DNA from: Eledone cirrhosa
Taxonomy: Eukaryota
Length of the DNA: 64,000 nucleotides
Assembly (NCBI GenBank): GCA_964016885.1
Contig: OZ024745.1
Location: 94,302,001 to 94,366,000, forward strand
Reading direction: 5' to 3'
Every line of letters starts with the position of its first letter. Within the stretch, counting starts at the first letter, position 1. The notes under the pieces are model-generated. The model saw only the letters and a list, made by a program, of their open reading frames with translations, searched no databases and was not told where the DNA came from. Position numbers and translations under genes: made by a program. This document shows positions 54,737-64,000 of the stretch, in pieces.

Positions 54737-55772
54737 AAATGGAAAAAATGAAATTTCATTTCTCACTCTTAGTACGGCTGTTACTTAAATGTAAGTATGT
54801 ATACGTACATAATATATGTATACAGACGTACAGCAGTATGTATATACATACATGCACACATATATATATGTACGTATGGGTTTACCGAACATTTATTATA
54901 ATGCTCGGTTTGTTTGTAAACAAACAGCCCGAATTAAGCCGTACAGTCTTCGGCAACCACCGTTACCATTTTGTTTAACACTGACAAAGGAACGATGAAC
55001 TAGTTTCATTTTTTTCCATTTATCGTTTTCGGTACGTCCGGCCGACTAACTCACTCGATATGCAAATTAGGAAAGTATATACTTTTAAAAGGAAGGTATA
55101 CAGTGCTGATGATAGCTAATAAGCTAGAAACTAGTTCATCGTTTCTTTGTCAGTGTTGAACAAAATGGCAACGATGGTTGCCGAACACTACGGCTTAATT
55201 CGGGCTGTTTGTTTACAAACAAACCGAGCATTATAATAAATGTTCGGTAAACCCATACGTACATATATATATCTATGTGCATGTATGTATGTATATACAT
55301 ACTACTGTACGTCTGTATACATATATGTATGTACGTATACATACTTACATTTAAGTATCAGCCGTAGTAAGAGTGATAAATGAAATTTCATTTTTTCCAT
55401 TTATCGTTTTCGGTACGCCCGGCCGACTAACTCATTCGATATGCAAATTAGGCTGCTCAGCCGTTAATATGCATAAGGAAAGTATATACTTTCAAACGTT
55501 GAATCATCTGAAAGGAAGGTATACGGTGCTGATGACAGCTAATAAACTAGAAACTAGTTCATCCTTCCTTTGTCAGTGTTGAACAAAATGGCAACGATGG
55601 TTGCCGAACACACTGTACGGCTTAATTCGGGCTGTTTGTTTATAAACAAACCGAGCATTATAATAAATGTTCGGTAAACCCATACGTACATATATATATA
55701 TGTGTGCATGTATGTATGTATATACATACTGATGTACGTCTGTATACATATATGTATGTACGTATACATACA
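54737..55772. mobile_element. Retrozyme-like family R1: inverted arm plus tandem ~1.9-mer; HHRs at 55100-55142 and 55523-55565 (+)
   Basis: CTGATGA-tagctaataagcta-GAAA-ctag-TT-catc repeated with a 423-nt period; no credible ORF; (TA)n flanks. Confidence 0.83.
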
Positions 55773-55802
55773 TTTATATATATATATATAAACAAGCTAC
55801 AG

Positions 55803-55896
<94 letters not shown>

Positions 55897-56775
55897 CTGT
55901 AGCTTGTTTAGCCTGTGTCTAAATCCAACACTAAACAATTTATTTATATTCTTAATAGAGATAGGGTGGTCATGACGGGAAAGTCAAGTAGTGTAGATGC
56001 TAGAATGTACAATAATGATGACGACTTAAATAAAATTCTCTTCTTTAACGGTCGAATGTAATCGCGCTTTCCTTGATATCCCTCTAATGAATCTCATTAT
56101 GTAAATTTACATGATGACTATATGGTAATGTTATTTACGCAGCAAAGAGAGCAGACTTATGAAAGTCAAAACATTATCCTAAAGTGTAACCAGACGAAAG
56201 TTAATTAGGTAATCTTGATGACATTTAACAGAATATTAAAAGGATAAATTGTAGTGAGGAAAGGTTAAAGGTTCGTTGAGATAGAATAAAGTTTATGTAT
56301 TAGTGTTCACAAGTTATTTTCCCGAAGTATAAATAAATTCTCGAGTAATTGAGAACATAAATATAATTAGCAGTGGAAATACGTGGGATATATGTAGGAT
56401 ATTCCAATAACACTTACATGTCTACTATATACATATACCTTTATTGACATACACACATACATATATGTATACCCACGTATAAGTATGCATACGTACTTAT
56501 GTAAGTATATGTGTGTATGAATAAGTTTATGCAGCAGCATCAGGTGTCATTAGGTGCTGGGTTCATGTCACTTACTATAGCTTCGAGTTGATCCAAAGAT
56601 TGTGAATAAAATTGGGTAGAATGAAACTGTGTGGATAGATTTTACCTGTCCAAAGTCCAGCCATGATTCTACTTGAGGATGACTTTAAATGTACGTATGA
56701 CCGCGGCACATTTAGCCATTTTACACGCTAATTCAATGAACAGATAATTCAAATGACTGGGCAAATAAATAAATA

Positions 56776-56948
56776 CAGTGAAATTCCGTGCTAACGAAAT
56801 TCACGAAATATAAAAAAATTCGTTGTAACGAAAAATACTTTATAACGAGATCGACCTAACACATCGAGCGTATGGCCGAGGATTGAAAAAATTTTGTTAT
56901 ACTGAAAAATTCGTTATAATGGTATTCATTATAACGGAATTGTAGCTG
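56776..56948. mobile_element. Small pogo/Tigger-like MITE
   Basis: TA-CAGtgaaattccgt … acggaattgtagCTG-TA, internal ttataacg repeats. Confidence 0.65.
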
Positions 56949-57019
56949 TAGTCTCTGCGAAACTAACGGAAATCCAGTTACTTACATGTAGTAAAAATTA
57001 TGCATATGTGTACCTTTAT

Positions 57020-57520
57020 ATGTACAAATGCTGTCGTGAAGTCATAGTGGACGAGTTTGGACTTCATTTTCTAGGTCGGTTCTCTTGACATGTCACCAAC
57101 AACGTTATCAGAAGGAATCTTGACGTGGCCGGTTTCCCGTTACAAATGGAGTCTGTCGGCTTTAACCGTGAGGACGGTAAGCACCCATATAAGAAAGCGC
57201 CTTTCCTATTTGAGGAGGGTAATTGCTGCGACACGTTCTCTGCTTTCACCTTATCACCACGGTCATAAACCTGGGCATTGCTGTCTATAATGTAGAGGAG
57301 CGGAAGGTAACCAAATACTGACATTTTATGTGCCAGTTGCCGGTAAGACTTGATGTATACTCGGTTTCCGGACTGGCGTTTCCTGCGCACAGTCGGAAAG
57401 AGTGCATCCCACTTAAGGAAAGTGTTCTGTGAAGTAGACTGGCTGATGTAGTGGGTATCGCTGGTTGTTCTCCGTAAAAAATGAATTTGCTATCTTGTCC
57501 GCGGAGTACAGCTAAGAGTG
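57020..57520 (+). pseudogene. CRE-like non-LTR fragment (restriction-like endonuclease region)
   Basis: GRFS*HVTNNVIRRNLDVAGFPLQMESVGFNREDGKHP…CDTFSA…EERKVTKY…PVA resembles the recalled RH..LN..I.RAL..AG.P..LEP.GL.R.DGKRPD…DT motif. Confidence 0.65.
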
Positions 57521-57629
57521 TAGATTTTGCCTCTTCTCTTCCCCTTCCTTCTATTACATTATTTAATTTTTCTTTCTCCCCACATGTTTTTTTTCCTTTC
57601 TTACTTTTTATTATTTTAATTATATACAA

Positions 57630-58280
57630 GAGTGGTGGATTGACAGAATCGGTAGAGCGTCGGACAATATAATTTGTAGCATAGATTTACGTCCCTTTAC
57701 GTTCTGAGTTCAAATCCCGCTGATGTTAGCTTTGCCTTTTATCCTTACGGGGTCGATAAAATAAAGCACCAGTCACGCACTGGGGTCGATTTAATGGACT
57801 GTCCCCCCCCCCCCCAAAAAAAAAAAATTGCTGGCCATGTGCCTAAATCAGAAACCATTATTTTAGTCACTGGATTGGCAGTATCGGTAGAGGGTCGGAC
57901 GCCATGCTTTCCAGCATAGTTACGTCCCTTTACGATCTGAGTTCAAATCCCGCAGAGGTTGACTTTGCCTTTCATCCTTACGGGGTCGATAAAATAAAGT
58001 ACCAGTAATGAACTGGGTAATTGCTGGCCTTGTGCCTAAAAGTAGAAACAATTATTTTAGTCACATATAAGAGCGGTGGATTGGCCGAACTGTTAGTGCT
58101 TTGTATTATTTTTTCTGGCTCAATACGTTCCGAGTTCAAATCCCACAAAAGTAAACTTTGCCTTTCACCTTTTCTGGGTCGATAAAATATAGTACCAGTA
58201 AAGCACTGAGGTTGATTTATTTGACTTACTCCTTCCCACAAATTACTGGTATTATGCTAAGAATTAGAAAGAATTAGTTT
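57630..58280 (+). mobile_element. Cluster of three tRNA-SINEs (57630-57862, 57872-58056, 58070-58280)
   Basis: B boxes and shared core sequence. Confidence 0.88.
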
Positions 58281-58871
58281 AATCGCATATAGTGTCTATA
58301 AATTTGAATGCATGCAAGTGTAAACATATTTGGATGATTAAAGTCTGAATGTGTGTCTATGTGGAATTTCTATTTGATATATGCATATTTTATATTTAAC
58401 CCTATGTTAATTTATATTCATATATATTCAGTAGTACATATGTTTTCGTTTATTATGTGCTCTTCTCACTTCTCTCTATCTATTTATCATTCACGCTCGT
58501 GTTTGTAGGTATGTAATGTTTGAGTTAGTGTGTTTGTGAATGTTAAAAATGGACGTAAGACAGGGATAATTATAATGAGTTAATTCGATCAACTTGGTAT
58601 AAATATAATCAGTGTTTTATCGGCAATAATTAGTTCCTACGTCATCATGGAGAAATAAAATCAATTACAAGTCTTTATCGTATTAATTTATCTCAGCTGG
58701 AATAGTCACGAACTAAGTAAATATAACTTCAGTAGACTTTAAGATAATTTAGCCCCAAATTAATGATAACCTTTGACTAGACAAAAGGCCAATTATTTAT
58801 TTTCTTGAGTAAGATCTGATTTTGACACCTAGGAAAAGTGGAAAGTGTGCTATTTTATTGTTTATGTCATT

Positions 58872-59738
58872 ATAGCACCACCAAAAATAATGGTTTCTTA
58901 TATTAAAATAATTGTTTCTACTTTAGGCACAAGGCCAGCAATTACCCAGTGCATTACTGGTACTCTATTTTATCGACCCCGTAAGGATGAAAGGCAAAGT
59001 CAACTTCGGCGGGATTTGAACTCAGATCGTAAAGGGACGTAACTATGCAGGAAAGCATGGCGTCCGACCCTCTACCGATACTACCAATCCACTCCATTCA
59101 AATAATGGTTTCTTATATAGCACCACCAAATATAATGGTTTCTTATATAGCACCACCAAAATAAGGGTGTCTTATATTAAAATAATGGTTTCTTATATAG
59201 CACCACCAAAAATAATGGTTTTTTATATTAAAATAATGGTTTCTGATATAGCACCACCTAAAATAATGGTTTCTTATATAGCACCACCAAAAATAATGGT
59301 TTCTTATATTAAAATAATGGTTTCTGATATAGCACCACCTAAAATAATGGTTTCTTATATAGCACCACCAAAAATAATGGTTTCTTATGTTGCACCACCA
59401 AAAATAATGGTTTCTTATATAGCATCACCAAAAATAATAGTTTCTTATATAGTACCACCAAAAATAATGGTTTCTTATATAGCACCACCAAAAATAATGG
59501 TTTCGTATATAGCACCACCAAAAATAATGGTGTCTTATCTAGGCACAAGGCCAGCAATTTTGGGGGAAGGGAAAGTCGATTAAATCAACCATAGTGCTTG
59601 ATTGGCACTTTATTTATCGACCCCATAAGGATGAAAGGCAAAGTTAACCTGGGCGGTATTTGAACTCAGATCAGAAAGGGCAGTAACTCTATGCTGAAAA
59701 GCATGGAGTCAGACCCTCTACCGATACTGCCAATCCAT
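58872..59738 (-). mobile_element. Two SINEs (58907-59092, 59540-59738) flanking a 30/21-bp minisatellite (59100-59540)
   Basis: Unit aaaataatggtttcttatatagcaccacca. Confidence 0.88.
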
Positions 59739-59900
59739 CACCCTCCAAAAATTATAATTTAGTAGTAGTAAAAATAACAACTAGTTAAATAACAAGTAGT
59801 TAATGGTACATGATTGAAACGTATATTCTCACGCGTGTTTTCCCTTTCCATCCTCTTCTCACTCTTTATCTTTCTATTTCATCTTTTATTTCTAATTCTA

Positions 59901-59936
59901 TCTTCTGATGAAGGACTAGTGTCCGAAACGTTAAGA
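59901..59936 (+). ncRNA. Minimal type I hammerhead
   Basis: tctt-CTGATGA-a-ggac-tagt-gtcc-GAAA-cg-TT-aaga. Confidence 0.7.
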
Positions 59937-60023
59937 CTATTTTACTGCTATTTCAAGCGTTAAACATATTTTTTTTCAATGCACTGTGTCGTTTGCTTTG
60001 TTATTTCTGTTTACTTTTTACTC

Positions 60024-61585
<1,562 letters not shown>

Positions 61586-61589
61586 AAAG

Positions 61590-62052
61590 AATCAATAATA
61601 ACAGGTAGACATCATAAAAGGTAATTTATTCCGAGTGTTTACAAATGTTTCAACAGTAGTTATACAGCCAAGTCATGCAATGTGCAAATTGGTAATTATT
61701 TGTTTGCAGAAACTCAATTTTCAAATGCTGCTTCTACCGTTTCCTCAGAGTAGAATGGTTTAAAATGTAAATACCCTTGTATTTCTTAAAGGAAGTTATT
61801 GGGGAAGATAGAAAAGAAAAGGAAGAGAGAAAGAAGGGGGGGGGGAGAGAGAAAGAGATATGTAGGGGTTGGAGAAATGGGAGAGAGTGGTTTGAAGAAT
61901 ACAGATAGCTTAATCAAAATGTTGTGGTAGGGGTTTTATTATACTGTTTACTCTCAAAGTGCAACCTTAGGCGGTGTGTTGATATAGTCAAGTTTGGAAT
62001 TCTTTATTGCCACAGAGCAGGTTCATAAATGTGGAGAGGAGGGAGATAGACC

Positions 62053-62094
<42 letters not shown>

Positions 62095-63611
62095 GGGAGA
62101 GAGAGAAAGAAAGAGAGATATAGAGGAGACAGACGAAACCTACGTGAAGGGGATACATCGAGTTCATATTTGTAGTCTGCAAATCGCACTCAAGTATCCA
62201 TTTATAATGATAAGCAGGGTATTGTCTTGTAGTGGGGTGGTGGGGGATATAGTTAGGAAGTAGTTATTGAGAGAAATTAGTTAGCGAGAAAGCGATGTTG
62301 TAGTCTCGGGTTCGAATGTTAAGTTATTTTATAGTGAGAGAATTTAGCCTTCAGTTTGTGGTTGCAGTATAACGATCGTTCGATTCTGTCATTTAGCAAT
62401 TTGTTTTTGGATTTTAAGATATAAAAGAGTTCAAGGTTGCATAATCTGCAGTACTTCAATCCACTCCGATATGCACTAGCGCTGGATAATTTATTCCATT
62501 TCAAGGTGAACTGCCGGTTGCTTTCTCGGAGTTGCCAGTCTTATTGGCGAACGTAGTCACAAGACGGTGTTTAGGATGTTTAATCGAAAATCGATGACGA
62601 TACCAGCGAGATTTAAAGGAGGTAGTGGTAGACCCGATGTAATACCATTTCTGGTCGTTCGATTCGACAGTGCATTGATAAACAATGTTGGACTCTAGGC
62701 ATTTATTCTTCAATGGGCATCTTTCGGGTAGGTGGTAGTTGCAGTTTTTGTTGTGGGTAGCAGGTATACCATGGATAGGTTGGGATAACAGTTCAGGTGG
62801 GTTGTGTAATAGCCGTCTCCCATTTGGTGGTTGGGAGGCCGATATTATGTTATGCTCATCTGTTACTAAAATATTTTGTTTTGTAGTGTTGTTTAATAAT
62901 TGCTTTAAGTTAATTTTTTTATGTATGCTTCAAGGTTTGGTGCAGTGGAGTATGATAGCTTAACAGTCTTAGAGTTTAGAATCTTACTGTATTTATGGGA
63001 ACTAGGGAAATGCTTGTTAATTAACTTAAAGAATGAAAGAGATAGTTTTGTACTAATCGAAGCATTAAAAATGGGATTATACCAGATATACTTTCTACAA
63101 CGTAATTTATTTGAGCTTGGTGATGATTTTCTATTATTAGTATGTCTGGTGGTACTGCGTGTGTGCGCTTGTATTTCTGTACCCCGGTTACATATTCTTT
63201 GATTTCGCGTGTAGCTATGTGTGTTATGGAGATTCTTATCAATGTATTCTATTTTATCCCGGTGGTCTGCATTCCTTAATGAGTTATTATAGTATTCAGC
63301 ATGTTCACTGAAAATCTCAGAGTTAGACGATAGTTAACGAGATACTGAGAGAAATACCGATTTGATCATGGAAAGTGGGTGATTCGAGTTAAAATTAATA
63401 TAGGTAAGGTTCTCATTTATCTTGTGGAAGGGTCGTATCAGTCCAGTATTCAAATTAAGAGTTACGTCTAGAAAATTTACCACTTTAAGATTGTATTCGT
63501 ACGTTATTTTTAGACCCAGTTCACTAAAAGATTTTCTAATGTTTTTCCGTAGTCTTTCAAGATTTTGGTTATTTAAGTTATTAACTAATAAAAGCGCGTC
63601 ATCTCTATATA

Positions 63612-63620
<9 letters not shown>
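61590..63620 (-). mobile_element. Decayed PLE (RT from YRDD to GIY-YIG) with degenerate long-stem-II HHR at ~61634-61752
   Basis: GVYRDDAL, FLDV, NIVYQC…YYIGSTTTSFKSRWYRH, CRLCNLE; CTGAGGA-aacggtag…ctactgtt-GAAA-catttg-TA with no clear stem I. Confidence 0.88.
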
Positions 63621-63686
<66 letters not shown>

Positions 63687-63689
<3 letters not shown>

Positions 63690-63832
63690 GTAGAACACTG
63701 GAAGGTAATATCCGTAGTGGTAGAGCACTCAGTCCATGGGACGAGTTAGGTAGAAGTGGTTACACAACAGTTAGTTCACCGTACCGAGAACAATTCTCGG
63801 TATGGTGAACTAACTGTTGTGTAACCACTTCT
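63687..63832. mobile_element. Micro fold-back of PLE family-A 3' end
   Basis: Matches 7676-7784; inverts at accgagaa-caa-ttctcggt. Confidence 0.85.
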
Positions 63833-63839
63833 CTCTCTC

Positions 63840-63898
<59 letters not shown>

Positions 63899-64000
63899 GA
63901 CTTGTAAAGAACTAGAATCGTTTCATTCGTATGATATCATTAGAAATTTATAGTGATTTCCCCCACCGAAAAAAACTCTTTTGAGACCTTAGTAATGCTT

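Noticed and set aside
57872-57955. tRNA genes at GAGTTCAAATCC motifs
   Set aside because: SINE heads with shared core and tail; no complete cloverleaf

Overview
Eukaryotic, AT-rich, almost entirely repeat-derived DNA. The organism is most likely a coleoid cephalopod such as Octopus; this is inferred from the tRNA-SINE family and the (TA)n/(CA)n load. No host exon could be supported, and most track ORFs are microsatellite artefacts. Contents: two Tx1/L1-like LINEs (one about full length with an open 1144-aa ORF2), about eight Penelope-like element (PLE; RT + GIY-YIG) remnants, RTE and CRE-like LINE fragments, about 15 tRNA-derived SINEs, two pogo/Tigger-type MITEs, a probable non-autonomous Helitron, minisatellites, two kb-scale tandem duplications and a 200-N gap. 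The main hidden signal is non-coding. By eye I find more than 20 type I hammerhead ribozyme (HHR) motifs from roughly 8-10 sequence families. Most sit in tail-outward fold-back insertions inside (TA)n. They include ORF-less 423-nt and about 470-nt units that look like retrozymes (circRNA-templated concatemers), a U3-A8 core variant and a U4A core variant. All RNA folds were read manually and none is experimentally or computationally validated.
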